A stretch of 59,691 bases of DNA, filler included, from Barthelona sp. PAP020 (GCA_040182905.1; 7 parts of 7 records of this genome joined end to end with filler, not necessarily neighbours in it), one strand, 5' to 3'; positions 28,404-40,507 are shown, counted from the whole stretch's first letter. Numbers and translations: made by a program. Notes: generated by a model from the letters alone, not told the origin.

Positions 28404-31400
28404 ATGAATTTACAACCATATTTAGCTGTATTAAATAGCGAATTAGGATTAGGACCGAGTGTATCTAAATGGAGTCCTAATAAAATATATTTTGCGGTAT
28501 CTGGAAGTTCGAGAAACGTATATGTGTATGATAATCAAGGAAATATGATTACTTATATTCCATTACAATATGGTTTTTTAGTTGATATGGCTTGGTCAAA
28601 AGATGATGATTGTTTGGCCATTGTTGAAGAAAATTCAAGTCAAATTATATTATTTGAAACTGTTATGCGAAAAATTACTAATTTGGAGACAAATCAAAAA
28701 TCAAATATCAATTTTGTGACTTGGTGTGACAAATTACCTGTTTTTGCTTGTGGTACTGAAAGTGGTAATTTATTTTTACACAATAGACAATATCGTCAGA
28801 ATATTCCTGTTATGGGAATTCATCAAGGGGCAATTACTGAAGGTATTTGGAGTATCAATAAGAATGGTGATCCTGTTATTGTGTTAATAGGTGGTTCCAA
28901 TGAGTCAAAGATAAGTATTGTTTCAGCTAGTGGACAAATTCTTCAAGTTCTGAGTACTAAAGGTGGTCTTCGAGAATTACACATGTCTTCAATGAAAGGA
29001 GGGCACGAAACTTTGTCTTGTGTTTTTAATGAAAACAAATTGTTTTTGATTCAGTTGGAAGATGAAGTTGTACCTATTGAATTAAGTTTTCAGAGTTCAT
29101 ATGGCAAGATAATCAGTCATGAGTGGTTCAGTGATGGATACATTGCATTGAATTTTGAGAATGGTTATGTTGCAGTTTTGAGTAGTCATTCCAAGGAGAT
29201 GACTGCTGAAACATTTTCACATCAATTTTCTCAAAAAAATTTGGTGGATTTGTCCTACAATTCAGTGAATTCTTTGCTTATTTTATGTAAAGAAAAAGAA
29301 ATACTATTTGTTGATACTAATCGTGGATTTGCTGTTTCTCGTCGATTAAACAAGCGTATCTTACGCAAAATCTTGAAACATCATATTTCTAATGCACTAC
29401 AGCAAGATGTTCACTGGAACAACTTGTATAAAGCGCTTCAAAATGATTTTACATTTACTTCTGCCAAATTTGATTCTTCAGGTAGATATTTTACCCTTTC
29501 ATTATCCACAGGCTTTTCGATAACATTCAATAATCGATCTGATCATTTATTTGCAGTAAATGGAAGCATTGTTGCTCAACTTAGCGTTTCCAATAATGTG
29601 CATGTTTTCGATATTGTGCGTTATGAAGGTGAAAAGAGTGTTCCAGACATTGGTGAACTTGATGAAGATGAAGAAGGGTGGTTTGATGATGATGATGAAG
29701 AGCTTGATCACATTGAAGATCCCACAAGTGAGAGTAACTTAATTGATTTGAAAATTCCTTTGTCTCAAAAACCTTTGCATATGGCTGTGTCCAATCGTTG
29801 GCTAGTTACTGCAATAAATACTCATATCTGGATATATGATTTGAGCACAAAACAATTGGTTACTGAGAAAGAAACTGTACGCATAATTATGAAATTGAGT
29901 ATCAGTGAAGAATATCTTGCTGTTATGTTTGAAAATCAATGTTTGGTTCAAAATATTTCCAGACTATTAGAAATCGATCAAACAGATCCTGCCTCTCAAT
30001 TTGGAGATAGTGCACTGCATTTTCCAAAAGATAACATTGTTGAAATGAATAAAACATTACAAAATCAAAACATTAACGATATTTTATTAGATGATGACTT
30101 TTTTGTGTATGGAATGATGAATGGTAAGTTGAGAACTATTGATTTGGCAAGTGAAATTGAGATTAATGAATTTCAACATAATAAGGGTATCAAAAGAATA
30201 TTTAAAATGGGAAATATGGGTGAATTAATCTTTATTGATGTTGGTGGAAGTGTTTATTATTTTAATGTGTTAAACAGACAAGAAAGTAAAATTAGTGAAA
30301 TTAACATGAGTCAGCTTGATGAGGATTTGTACAAATATACCTCTCATTTATTTGTTGATAAGTTCTTCCCTTGTTATTTCTTAATAAACTACAGCAGACA
30401 GAACTATTATCCAAAATTCTTGTTAAACCACAATTATTTAGAAGGTTTACATGTATCTGCCTTTCATTTGGAAGATTTTATCAAAAAAAACGATGATCTT
30501 GACAGTATCAGAAAAGAATTGAATGAAATTGATTTCAATGATGTTTTGAGTATCAGATTAAGGGAAAAGTACACGACAGATTTCATAAGCTTGAGTGATT
30601 ATTGTCCATTAGCACTTCTTGGTGGAAAATTATATTTGGTCAAATTGAGTAATGGTAAATTAGTCAGTTTTAAGACTTCCCCCTTTCAACATATCTTTGA
30701 TTTTATCAACCAAAGAGAAGATTACCAAATGACTTTAACAGCAAAGCTAAACGGTAAATTGTTAAGTTATGAAGAGATCGAAGACTATTTTTTTAGTTAT
30801 TATAACATGAATGAATTCCTGTCTGCTTTACGCATTCTTATTTTTGCCAAAAGAATGGTTGATGACCTGCATTATGTTGGGCCAAACAGACACTCGTTTG
30901 ATAACGATTCTATATTTTTCAAAAAAACCAAAGAACATATCAATGATTTGTTGCATTTGCTATGTTGTAAGGCTTTATTGTTTAACGATCTTCAAACAGC
31001 AATTCATTGTTTCAGATATTTGAAAAAGCCTGGATATGTTAGATATTTGGAGACTTTAGTTAATTGCAATGACCAAAAATCATTTATTTCAGCTTATGTT
31101 GCAGTTCTTTTCAACAAATTTAGTCTTGCTGAGTCCTTGTTGCTTCAATCTTCTCAATATCAAATATTAGCTTTGGAATTCAGAAAGGGTTTGAAAGACT
31201 GGAGTAGAGCGATTGAATTAGCTCAACAATTCAATTCGAATCTAGTACCTTCCCTTATCCTCCAATCAGCCTTGAATCTTGAAATGAATTGGAAATTTAG
31301 AGAAGCTATTGATGAATTTAAGGAAGTAATTGATGCACGTGAGTATATTACTGAAGATGAATTGCTTCAGGCAAATCGTGGGCTAATTAGGTGCAAATTA

Positions 31401-33077
31401 AGACAATATGAAATACACAGTATTCAAAAAGAAATTTTGAGTCTTAAAGATACCGTGTTAAACAGTCAATGTGGAAAAATATTTGAAGAAATGGATCGAC
31501 CAAAGGAAGCTGCTTTACTTTACGTCAGTACAATGGATGATCAATTAAGATTGAAGGCTTTAAAATTGTTTGTTCAACATGGTATTGTTGATCATGCTGA
31601 AAAGTTGTTTTCAAAATATCCTGAATATTTAGAGCATCGTGGGTTGGTAATACAACATTGTTATGGCTTAATTGAAAAAAAACAATTTGAATTGGCGAAG
31701 AAACACGCAGAAAACATTCAATCTTATGAATTGTTAACCGAAATATTATTAGACCATATGAATCAACCTGAAGAAGCAATAGCTGTTATTTCAGTACACC
31801 CTGATGATACCGCTGTTAGAAAAGTTATTGATTATTCATTGAACCGAGGGGATATTCCAACGGCTATCAAGTTCCTAATCAAGATTAATCGAAGAGAAGA
31901 TGCCAAACGTTTGGCTTCTGAACAAAACCTGCTTCAAATTTATGCTGACTATGCCTATCCTGGATGTTCTACATCTGAATGTCATGAACTTGGACGTTTC
32001 TTTGAAAACAAAGAAAAGTTCCAAAAGGCTGCTGTTTGGTATGAAAGAGCATATGATTTTGAAAAAGCGTTACAATTGTATTTAGAAAATGGTGATTATC
32101 ATGCAGCAATTCAAGTGGTTTCTTCTGATTTCAACAATGATGAATTGATACATGATTTAATTGAATTCTTGAATGCTGAAGTTGAAGATGAAACTGAGCA
32201 AATCTCTTATCATTTGGAATTGTACACTGCTTTAGGAGATACTCAAAAAGCATCAGAAACTGTGTCTTTATTAGCCAAGCATCACTTGAGAAAAGGAATG
32301 TACAAACCGGCCAGAGACCATTTGTTGGAAACTGTTCGTGCCTTGCACATGTATGATACAGCAGTACCTCGAAATTTGTATATTTGGTTAGAGCAAATTC
32401 AGTTATACCTTTGCGTCAATGCATTAGTTAAAAGAGGCAAAACGGAATTTGCTGCTTTAGCTTTGATAAGATTAAGTCAGAATTTAGATTTATTTTCAGC
32501 TCATCAAGCGGAAATTTTGGCATTAACAGTAAAACAAGCTCAAAAATCAGGATTTAAAGTTGAAGCTGTTGATTTTGCCAAAAAACTACTTCGAATTCCA
32601 AACCATCAACAGGCTGTCAGAGCTAAAAATCTAAAATTAATTGAAAAATTGGTTAGAAAGGCTAAAGATGCCGTTGAAGGATCATTGCCACTTCCTGCCG
32701 GTTCTTGTCCTTATTGTCGTGCTTCTGTTCCCTGTTTAGCCAATGAATGCCCAACTTGTCTGAACAGGTTACCAATTTGTTTGGTTTCTGGTCAACACTT
32801 GAGATTTGATGATTTCACTCAATGTCCCAATTGTAAATTCCCTGCCATACATTCTGAGTTCGTTGAACACATTCATGAATTCAAGAATTGTCCTTTATGC
32901 GAAGAGGAAGTTAACCCTGGTAGCGTGGAAAAAATTGAACCTGAATTTGTGAGTCAATTGTTGAGTGGATTCTTTTCCTATTCGGCTGACGCTGGCTTTG
33001 AAGATAATTTGATGGATGAAATTGATGAAACTGAAGAAACTGATTATGATGAATTTGAAGATGATGAAGATATTTAA
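28404..33077 (+). CDS. IFT144: IFT144/WDR19 intraflagellar transport A subunit
   Basis: N-terminal WD40s with PIELSFQSSYGKIISHEWFSDGYI, TPR solenoid, C-terminal CPYC...CPTC...LPICLVSGQH...CPNCKFPA...CPLC zinc region. Confidence 0.93.
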   Translation: MNLQPYLAVLNSELGLGPSVSKWSPNKIYFAVSGSSRNVYVYDNQGNMITYIPLQYGFLVDMAWSKDDDCLAIVEENSSQIILFETVMRKITNLETNQKSNINFVTWCDKLPVFACGTESGNLFLHNRQYRQNIPVMGIHQGAITEGIWSINKNGDPVIVLIGGSNESKISIVSASGQILQVLSTKGGLRELHMSSMKGGHETLSCVFNENKLFLIQLEDEVVPIELSFQSSYGKIISHEWFSDGYIALNFENGYVAVLSSHSKEMTAETFSHQFSQKNLVDLSYNSVNSLLILCKEKEILFVDTNRGFAVSRRLNKRILRKILKHHISNALQQDVHWNNLYKALQNDFTFTSAKFDSSGRYFTLSLSTGFSITFNNRSDHLFAVNGSIVAQLSVSNNVHVFDIVRYEGEKSVPDIGELDEDEEGWFDDDDEELDHIEDPTSESNLIDLKIPLSQKPLHMAVSNRWLVTAINTHIWIYDLSTKQLVTEKETVRIIMKLSISEEYLAVMFENQCLVQNISRLLEIDQTDPASQFGDSALHFPKDNIVEMNKTLQNQNINDILLDDDFFVYGMMNGKLRTIDLASEIEINEFQHNKGIKRIFKMGNMGELIFIDVGGSVYYFNVLNRQESKISEINMSQLDEDLYKYTSHLFVDKFFPCYFLINYSRQNYYPKFLLNHNYLEGLHVSAFHLEDFIKKNDDLDSIRKELNEIDFNDVLSIRLREKYTTDFISLSDYCPLALLGGKLYLVKLSNGKLVSFKTSPFQHIFDFINQREDYQMTLTAKLNGKLLSYEEIEDYFFSYYNMNEFLSALRILIFAKRMVDDLHYVGPNRHSFDNDSIFFKKTKEHINDLLHLLCCKALLFNDLQTAIHCFRYLKKPGYVRYLETLVNCNDQKSFISAYVAVLFNKFSLAESLLLQSSQYQILALEFRKGLKDWSRAIELAQQFNSNLVPSLILQSALNLEMNWKFREAIDEFKEVIDAREYITEDELLQANRGLIRCKLRQYEIHSIQKEILSLKDTVLNSQCGKIFEEMDRPKEAALLYVSTMDDQLRLKALKLFVQHGIVDHAEKLFSKYPEYLEHRGLVIQHCYGLIEKKQFELAKKHAENIQSYELLTEILLDHMNQPEEAIAVISVHPDDTAVRKVIDYSLNRGDIPTAIKFLIKINRREDAKRLASEQNLLQIYADYAYPGCSTSECHELGRFFENKEKFQKAAVWYERAYDFEKALQLYLENGDYHAAIQVVSSDFNNDELIHDLIEFLNAEVEDETEQISYHLELYTALGDTQKASETVSLLAKHHLRKGMYKPARDHLLETVRALHMYDTAVPRNLYIWLEQIQLYLCVNALVKRGKTEFAALALIRLSQNLDLFSAHQAEILALTVKQAQKSGFKVEAVDFAKKLLRIPNHQQAVRAKNLKLIEKLVRKAKDAVEGSLPLPAGSCPYCRASVPCLANECPTCLNRLPICLVSGQHLRFDDFTQCPNCKFPAIHSEFVEHIHEFKNCPLCEEEVNPGSVEKIEPEFVSQLLSGFFSYSADAGFEDNLMDEIDETEETDYDEFEDDEDI

Positions 33078-33268
33078 AATAATTCAAAGCAAAAGTGTAG
33101 AAAAGATAAATTAATGGTGTTCATTTTTTAATTACTTTACTTTTTTATTTATGTTCAAAAAAAATATCATAAAAGAATAAGCAAAGATGAATTTGATTTT
33201 AGTTTGATGACAATTATAAAATAAATATTAAAAAATATTTTCCTTAATTTTTTTTGGTTCATACAACA

Positions 33269-34144
33269 ATGGGATTTATTACAAACCAACTGCTTGAACA
33301 AGTTTTATAATTTTGATTTATTGTGACTAATTTTAAGGTTAAACAAGCAATTAGTGCATTGTTCGAATGGGAAGCGAATAAGAAAGAAGAATCCAAATCA
33401 AAAGGAAATTTATCATTATTAAATGATTCAACAATGTTTTATTTAACTATAACACTGAAGAATGTCACCAAACCTTCAACAAAACAAAGATCAATTGTTT
33501 TCCCTAACAGTTTATTAAAAGATCATGAAGAAGTTTGTATTATAGTCAAAGATTCTGATGGAGAATTAAATGATTTCCAAAAAAAAATGGAAGCTTTAGA
33601 AATTGACACCATCGATCGAATTATTGGATTGGATGAATTAACTAAAAACTATCAAACTTATATGCAAAGGAGACAATTAGCTGATGAATATGGTAAATTT
33701 TTGGTTGATAATAGAGTTTATCAATATATGAAATCTAGATTAGGCAAAACATTTTTTAACAAAAATAAATTCCCTGGTTGTGTTAAAATTAACTATACTA
33801 GTGAAGATCACAATGACAAATTGAAAAAAAACATAGAAAATGCCTTAAAATCACATTTCTTTTTTATTAAAAGAGGGTCATGTTTAAATTTCCCTGTTGG
33901 CCATCTAGATATGAGCGTAGAAGAAGTTGTTGAAAATATTGTGGCACTAATTAATCAAATTGGTTCAATGATTTCAGGAAGTTATGAAAATATTTCTCAA
34001 TTATTTGTGAAAACAAGTTCTTCTATGGCTTTACCAGTTTATGCTTCCTTACCTGACCTTGATATGCCTATTGAACCTGAAGTCACAGCAGATGCAGTTA
34101 TTGATGGTATTATCAAGAATTATTTGAATGATGAAGAAAATTAA
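33269..34144 (+). CDS. RSL1D1: Ribosomal L1-domain protein (RSL1D1/Utp30/Cic1-like); exons 33269-33301 and 33338-34144
   Basis: EVCIIVKD, RRQLADEYGKFLVDNRV, LGKTFF..NKFP and VKTSSSMALPVY; the ATG at 33269 joins in frame via a 36-nt GT-AG intron containing a stop. Confidence 0.88.
33302..33337 (+). other. Spliceosomal intron, 36 nt
   Basis: GTTTTA...GACTAATTTTAAG; contains an in-frame TAA; removal gives MGFITNQLLEQ|VKQAISAL. Confidence 0.8.
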
Positions 34145-34146
34145 AT

Positions 34147-34246
34147 NNNNNNNNNNNNNNNNNNNNNNNNNNNNNNNNNNNNNNNNNNNNTTAATTAATT
34201 AANNNNNNNNNNNNNNNNNNNNNNNNNNNNNNNNNNNNNNNNNNNN
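34147..34246. other. Artificial contig linker
   Basis: N-TTAATTAATTAA-N, 100 bp. Confidence 0.99.
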
Positions 34247-34424
34247 TTCAGTCCCTCAATTCCCCTCCTGGGATTTTGACTGAAATTTGCTAGAATGAGT
34301 TTTCTGAGTTTACTTTCTTTGTAAATAAATATAGTTGTTTCACAACTGGACCAATTATTGGAGATATAAAGAGGTCATCAAATATCACTTCCGTTATTTG
34401 TTGTTTCTTAACCATCTTTAGGTC

Positions 34425-34536
34425 CAATTTTTTAAGTTACTTGGGTATTTGAATCCACGTGAGTTTTCCCAAACCTTAAGCTAACTCGTTTCATTGTTTA
34501 CTGAACAACAACTCATACCTCATAAATATCTAATAA
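34425..34536 (+). repeat. Dispersed repeat family B, copy 1
   Basis: Near-identical to 42769-42878 (CAATTTTTTAAGTTACTTGGG...CCTCATAAATATCTAATAA). Confidence 0.9.
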
Positions 34537-34783
34537 TCAACCCAATAGTTAGTCAAGTTGTGAAACGAATGAATATTTTTTATTTTATTTTTTTTATTTT
34601 ATTTTAATTTCCATTTTAACATTAACAATTTTTCTCTCTTTTTTTTTTTCAATTGTGCACTTTTCACTTTTTATTTCTTTCTTCACACAATTTTATTTTG
34701 TTTGATAATTCAATTCAAAAAGAAAAAAAGAAAAAAATAAATTATTTACAAAACTACAAAAACTACACAAAATATAGGTCCTT

Positions 34784-37700
34784 TTACTGAATGAAAATAT
34801 CTTCTTCATTATGGATTTCATAAAATGAGTCAATGAATGTCTCCCTTTTTTCGTTTGGTTCATAAATGATCAATTCCTTATCCAACAAAACATCTCCATC
34901 GCTTTTTAAATTTTGACCAAATAAAACAACCAATAAAAAGATAAAACCACCACAAACACACGCAATAATAAACCACGTACCAAAACTATTGAAGGGTGAA
35001 TTTGAAACAGAATCTAATGGAATTGAATTGCAAATCAAAGAAAATTGGTCAATTCTACAATATCTTTCTCCATCATTGAATTGGAAATGATCAGTCTTTT
35101 CATAGAAATCTTTATCAGAGATCAAATATTGAACAAACCAACAATTTGACTCTACTCTCAATTCAGATGAAATCATAAATAGCTCTTTGGGAATAAAAAA
35201 TTTATAAAGATTGTCATTCAAAACATTGTTATTTGAATTGATTGTTTGGTTAAAATTAACATTTGCTTCCTTTGTCAAACCGTTAGATAAGCTAATCTGT
35301 ACAGATTCGTTGTGTCTCACAAAAACATTAAGAATCAAATGATACTTTGAGAATAGATCTCTGTTAGTAAGTGTTTGCTTTTCATCATAATATTTAATCA
35401 TTCCAAGTTCATTTTCAATTTGTTTTATTGTTGATGAACTTGAACCAATAATACCAAACTTTTCAAACTTTTCAAACTTTGATTTAACTTCAACATTTTG
35501 AAACATTTCGGAAAGTTCATCATTGAAATAAATAAACTTGGTTTGTACTACAATACTCAATGTTATATTATTTGAAGTGATTGAAGGGGTAAAATTACTC
35601 AACTCTATGATACAGTTAAAAGGAACTTGAAACCAACTAGATTTTTTGTGTATTTCTTTCATTTGATATCCACTATTTGCATCATAATGATTGACTATTA
35701 GATCAGTTTCAGCAAAATCAACTTTCTTTACCAAATAATGATATTTAGAATCAGTGTCTTCACTCAAATCAAAATGTATCCATGTGAGAGAAGATACAAT
35801 AATACTTGTTAAATCTCCTATCGAATACTCTATATACATGTCATTTACACTTGTTACAATATCATGGTGACTTTCTAAAGGATAAACCGTGTATAAATTC
35901 AAGCCCATATTCAAGTCTGACTCCATACCCTTCATGAGCTGATTTGAGGAAAAATTCATAAATACTTTGATATCTTTGTCATTTTCAATGGTGAAAACAC
36001 CTTCCTTATCTATCAATGTTGAATTAATCAATTGATCGACTGATTGAGCTGAAATATCAGAAATATCAAAAGTTAAATTAAAAACCCCATTGCCATTTGC
36101 AATAATAAAATATTGATAATTTGACATCAATATCAATGAATTTTCATCATCTTTAAGAGTAATATCTTTAAAATTTACAAAAGTTTCTGAATCAAAACAT
36201 TGTATGACTATGCTACTGTCTTGTTTACCAAAAACACTTGAAATTAATCTTTTTGTACTAAAATTGACAAGTGTTTGACTTTGAAATTTAACATTGATAG
36301 AAGTATCAATCAAAGCAATTTTCTCAGAAAAAACATTGTTGTTGTTATATGCTGATTTACTCTTTCTAATAAATAAAACTCGAACAAAGTTATTGATGTT
36401 CTCAACATAAATTGCCGGAATTTTAACAATCAATTTTACAGGTTGCGAAGATTTCAAAATTTCAAATGTATTCATATCATTAGTGGTTAATTGTCTTTCA
36501 TTATTCATGAAAACTTCAATTCCAACATGTAAAATATTGATATTTACATCAATAACAAAAATAATATCTTCTTCAGTAATATTTAATTTTATTCTGTTAT
36601 AATAGTATTGACTAACATAAATATTTGAACTATTATTTAAATAAAACCAAGATTGAGTCAAATCTTCTTCATTAACAATAAATTCAAAGTTTTCATCAAT
36701 ATTATCATTTGAAATTATTTTATTAAGAAAAGTTAAATTAAAACAAGTGTTTAAATTAAAAGAAAAATCACAAATAAAAAAATAATTAATAAAATCATAA
36801 TTTAGAATATTAATTTGGAAAACATCTAATAATTTATTATTAGTGATTGTAAAATCTCCAAAATAATTGTTAATTTCACTAATATTATCAACATAAAAAT
36901 TTTTCTTTTTAATGGAAAAAATACAACTATTTTTTGGTATGATTAATTCCAAAACTGTATTAACAGTTAAATAAAACCCACTATTAAATGTTTCTTCAAT
37001 CAAAATATCGTCTAAAATTATCCTGTAAATATCATCATTTATTACGAATGTGTTATTACAAATATTATTTGTATCTTTTTTTATTGAAAATATTAACATA
37101 ATTGAATCTTCTGTTAATTTTTGTATTAATGTATAGTTACGATTTTTTTCTATGAAAATATAATCATCAAATTCATTAAAATTGTAAAAATCATCAATAT
37201 ATCTAATCCCATTTATCAAACGATTGTATAAACAATTATTTTTATAAACAATATTACCAGGACAAAAAATATTTTTGTTTAAAAATGATGGATAATTGTA
37301 ATCTGAATCTATTGAACGACTTTGAATATATGTAGCATCTCTAATATTGAAAATACGTTCAAAAATTAGACTATAATTACCTTTTTCTAAAATTAAAACA
37401 TTAGTTAATTCTTTTCCCTTATAAAATTCCCTTTCATTGTTATCATTTGAAAAAATTAAATTACTGTGAACAATTTGAGTTTGATTATTCTCAAAATCAA
37501 AGTGTTTGCATAATACAAAATTTGAACCTCTTGAATTGGTTTTCACCTGTTGAATTATAGTTAATATTCGGGTAGAATCAAATTCAAAATCAACAACAAC
37601 AATGGATGTTTGACCTTCAATCATATATTCAAAATCTTTTTTCCTATTTAATGTTTCGATCTTAAAGTGTTGATCTACAATAACTGGTATGATAAATTTT

Positions 37701-40507
37701 TCATGATTCTGTGGATAAAACACAATTTTATCATTTTGTCCTATCGAAAAAATATTACCTGAAAAACTATTCAATACCATTGTTCCATTAGTGCTGTGTT
37801 CCACATTTGAAAATCCAATTTCTTTTTCTTCAGTACCTTGAATATTGATATAAAGTTTGGAATATTTGAAACACGTTTCCATCTCCCCATCACAATTATC
37901 TTTACCAGAATATTTTTCTGTCAATATGTCAAAAATATCAAAATTTGGAAATATATTAAATATTTCTGTTTTATTTGAAAAAAACTCATACTCAAAATAG
38001 CGTTCATAGAATAGATCCTCGGTATACAATAAAGTGTTTAAAATTTCGAGGTCAAATCTCCTTATTCTTTGAAAATCAAACATATCCAATGAATAATAAA
38101 AAACAAATGGTAGTTTAACACCTAAAAACGAATTCCATTGAATATAAACAGTGTCATTAATAGAGGTGAAATAATTTTTCATGTAATGCGAATCATAGAA
38201 CAAAAAACGATCAAACGAATGAGCATTATTGGAAAATGATGTCGTTTGATTGGCATAAAAGACATCTGATTTGAATAACAAATGAGGACTCATGTCTTTG
38301 GTCACATCATAGACATCTGTCAAATTAATGGATATTTCTTTTCCATCGATAAAATGGTTTATATTGGGTAATATCAAATAATCACTTCTTGTTTTAACAG
38401 ATATAGCAGTTAAAATACTGACGATCTTCTCAGAACCACGATTTGCAAAAGGAATCAATTTCTTATCTGTAAAACTGTGTTCATCAATTATGATTCTCAA
38501 AAGACAAAAATTGTTCAAATTGATCACTAATGCTGCTTTATTCTGTTCAGTAACAGTGAAAATATGTGTGGAATTCGTAATTTCAACTGTAATATTTAAT
38601 ACAGTCAGATCATAATCGGTAAAGATAAATTTGTAGTTCATGGAAGACTTATCAATGAAGTTCAAACGAAGTTCTTTTCTTTCTATTGCAACACTTTTAG
38701 AAAATGTTAATTGTGTCCGATGTTTCGTTGAAATAATCATGTTTTCAACCGTTGATATTTCAGAATAATCTACAGTTTTTGAATCAGTTTCAATTGTTTC
38801 ATCCCAAGATAGGTGATCAAAAATTGAATGATATTTGCCAAACCATTCTTCTTCAAGTGGTGAAACATATAAGTTGAATTCCCCCCAAAACACTAATTTG
38901 CTAATGCGATCTGATTTGTTGTTAATATAAAACACTAACGACAGTGTTGTGTCCCGATCATCATTTGCATCTCGACACTTAATCGCTAACAACAAGTTAT
39001 CCTTACCATATGCCCTTACACAACCATACAATACAATTTTGTTATCGGTATCATCGTTTTCTAATGCAAAAACTGAAACAAAATATCCTGCATGTTCTTG
39101 AACATTTAGCTCAACCTCAATTTCTTTGGTGGAATTATGTGGACAAAACAAGTAAGTACCCGCTTCACTTTGTTGTTTAAATGAGAAAAAATCGATATGA
39201 AAAGGATTCACAGTAAAATCAACATAACCACCCACTTCTTTCGTCATGTTTGTACCAAAGATATGTGAAAACGGTTTTTTAGTATCTGAAGACAACCAAA
39301 AGAAAGAATCAAAGACAGTATCTTCAGCAATGATCCATCTAATCTTTTGAGTGACAAAAGGAACATACGAATAAGGTTGTAAAGCAACGTATCCATGATT
39401 AAAACCGATAAAAACCCTGTTTATGTTGTTTGGCTTCAGTAAATAGACAAAAATATACGCAGAATTAGCACCCCCACTGATGTAGTATTTTTCGTTAACA
39501 GAAAGCAAAGGCGAATCTCTGCGTTTCTTGTAGTTGGAATAAAATGACTGTTGAAACGGTTGATGAAAAAAGTATGTTGAACAAATGCTGCCATTCAACA
39601 CTACAGGAAGCACATAGTTGTTCATTTCCTCCATGTATTGGTTTGAATCAATGTTAAAAAAATCATCAAGACAAAGAGTCAAATAGTTGTATATTTCTGG
39701 CCTATCGTGCAACACAATGTTTTGAAATTCAACTAAACTATCCTGTTGCACTGAAACCCGAAAATTTTCTGTATAACCAAAGATCTCCAGATCATTGTAT
39801 TTTGATTGAGATTCTGACCAAGTATCTAACTCATTTGCAACAAAAAAACAATTATTCTTGCTTGTGTCATCAATATTTGATGACATGTTAAATCGGTATC
39901 GACGTATTTCTGAATCTCCAATAATCAGACCGTATTCTTTAAAAATTTTGTAAACATGTTCAGATTGATTTGTTTGATTTAGAGTGAAACATTCCTCAAA
40001 AATTATAAAGGTTGTGTTATACACAAGTAAATCAAGAGATAATGATGGTTTTAAAGGGGAAAATTGAAACAAAGAATCCTTGTTTCCACCATCAATTTCT
40101 AAACTAGAATCAAACTCAAAAACATTGAATAGATACACAATTTTTAAAGCATCAATATCCAGCATCGCATTTATAACTAGAATGGTAGTTTCGGGTGGTA
40201 AAGTGAATTTTCTTCCATTTAAATCAATTAAGTGAACATTTTCATCATTTTTTTGATAATATTTTAAAGACAGATGAACATCACTTGATTTGGTAAATAC
40301 CATAAAAGTTTTTGGAGTTTTTAACTCTTCTTTTAACATAAATTCAATCGAATGTGATCCTGCTTTCCATAATGATATGTTGTACATGACATTATTATAA
40401 TCAAAAGATATACTTTCTTTAAAAATCGATTGAACATTCAATATTCTTACACAAAATCCAATTTGTAACAGAAAAATAATAATAAATATTCTAAAACTCA
40501 AAGGCAT
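34784..40507 (-). CDS. Large type I membrane / surface protein of unknown function
   Basis: 1907-codon ORF; signal peptide MPLSFRIFIIIFLLQIGFC; single C-terminal TM (WFIIACVCGGFIFLLVVLF); short acidic tail. Confidence 0.75.
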   Translation of the reverse strand: MPLSFRIFIIIFLLQIGFCVRILNVQSIFKESISFDYNNVMYNISLWKAGSHSIEFMLKEELKTPKTFMVFTKSSDVHLSLKYYQKNDENVHLIDLNGRKFTLPPETTILVINAMLDIDALKIVYLFNVFEFDSSLEIDGGNKDSLFQFSPLKPSLSLDLLVYNTTFIIFEECFTLNQTNQSEHVYKIFKEYGLIIGDSEIRRYRFNMSSNIDDTSKNNCFFVANELDTWSESQSKYNDLEIFGYTENFRVSVQQDSLVEFQNIVLHDRPEIYNYLTLCLDDFFNIDSNQYMEEMNNYVLPVVLNGSICSTYFFHQPFQQSFYSNYKKRRDSPLLSVNEKYYISGGANSAYIFVYLLKPNNINRVFIGFNHGYVALQPYSYVPFVTQKIRWIIAEDTVFDSFFWLSSDTKKPFSHIFGTNMTKEVGGYVDFTVNPFHIDFFSFKQQSEAGTYLFCPHNSTKEIEVELNVQEHAGYFVSVFALENDDTDNKIVLYGCVRAYGKDNLLLAIKCRDANDDRDTTLSLVFYINNKSDRISKLVFWGEFNLYVSPLEEEWFGKYHSIFDHLSWDETIETDSKTVDYSEISTVENMIISTKHRTQLTFSKSVAIERKELRLNFIDKSSMNYKFIFTDYDLTVLNITVEITNSTHIFTVTEQNKAALVINLNNFCLLRIIIDEHSFTDKKLIPFANRGSEKIVSILTAISVKTRSDYLILPNINHFIDGKEISINLTDVYDVTKDMSPHLLFKSDVFYANQTTSFSNNAHSFDRFLFYDSHYMKNYFTSINDTVYIQWNSFLGVKLPFVFYYSLDMFDFQRIRRFDLEILNTLLYTEDLFYERYFEYEFFSNKTEIFNIFPNFDIFDILTEKYSGKDNCDGEMETCFKYSKLYINIQGTEEKEIGFSNVEHSTNGTMVLNSFSGNIFSIGQNDKIVFYPQNHEKFIIPVIVDQHFKIETLNRKKDFEYMIEGQTSIVVVDFEFDSTRILTIIQQVKTNSRGSNFVLCKHFDFENNQTQIVHSNLIFSNDNNEREFYKGKELTNVLILEKGNYSLIFERIFNIRDATYIQSRSIDSDYNYPSFLNKNIFCPGNIVYKNNCLYNRLINGIRYIDDFYNFNEFDDYIFIEKNRNYTLIQKLTEDSIMLIFSIKKDTNNICNNTFVINDDIYRIILDDILIEETFNSGFYLTVNTVLELIIPKNSCIFSIKKKNFYVDNISEINNYFGDFTITNNKLLDVFQINILNYDFINYFFICDFSFNLNTCFNLTFLNKIISNDNIDENFEFIVNEEDLTQSWFYLNNSSNIYVSQYYYNRIKLNITEEDIIFVIDVNINILHVGIEVFMNNERQLTTNDMNTFEILKSSQPVKLIVKIPAIYVENINNFVRVLFIRKSKSAYNNNNVFSEKIALIDTSINVKFQSQTLVNFSTKRLISSVFGKQDSSIVIQCFDSETFVNFKDITLKDDENSLILMSNYQYFIIANGNGVFNLTFDISDISAQSVDQLINSTLIDKEGVFTIENDKDIKVFMNFSSNQLMKGMESDLNMGLNLYTVYPLESHHDIVTSVNDMYIEYSIGDLTSIIVSSLTWIHFDLSEDTDSKYHYLVKKVDFAETDLIVNHYDANSGYQMKEIHKKSSWFQVPFNCIIELSNFTPSITSNNITLSIVVQTKFIYFNDELSEMFQNVEVKSKFEKFEKFGIIGSSSSTIKQIENELGMIKYYDEKQTLTNRDLFSKYHLILNVFVRHNESVQISLSNGLTKEANVNFNQTINSNNNVLNDNLYKFFIPKELFMISSELRVESNCWFVQYLISDKDFYEKTDHFQFNDGERYCRIDQFSLICNSIPLDSVSNSPFNSFGTWFIIACVCGGFIFLLVVLFGQNLKSDGDVLLDKELIIYEPNEKRETFIDSFYEIHNEEDIFIQ

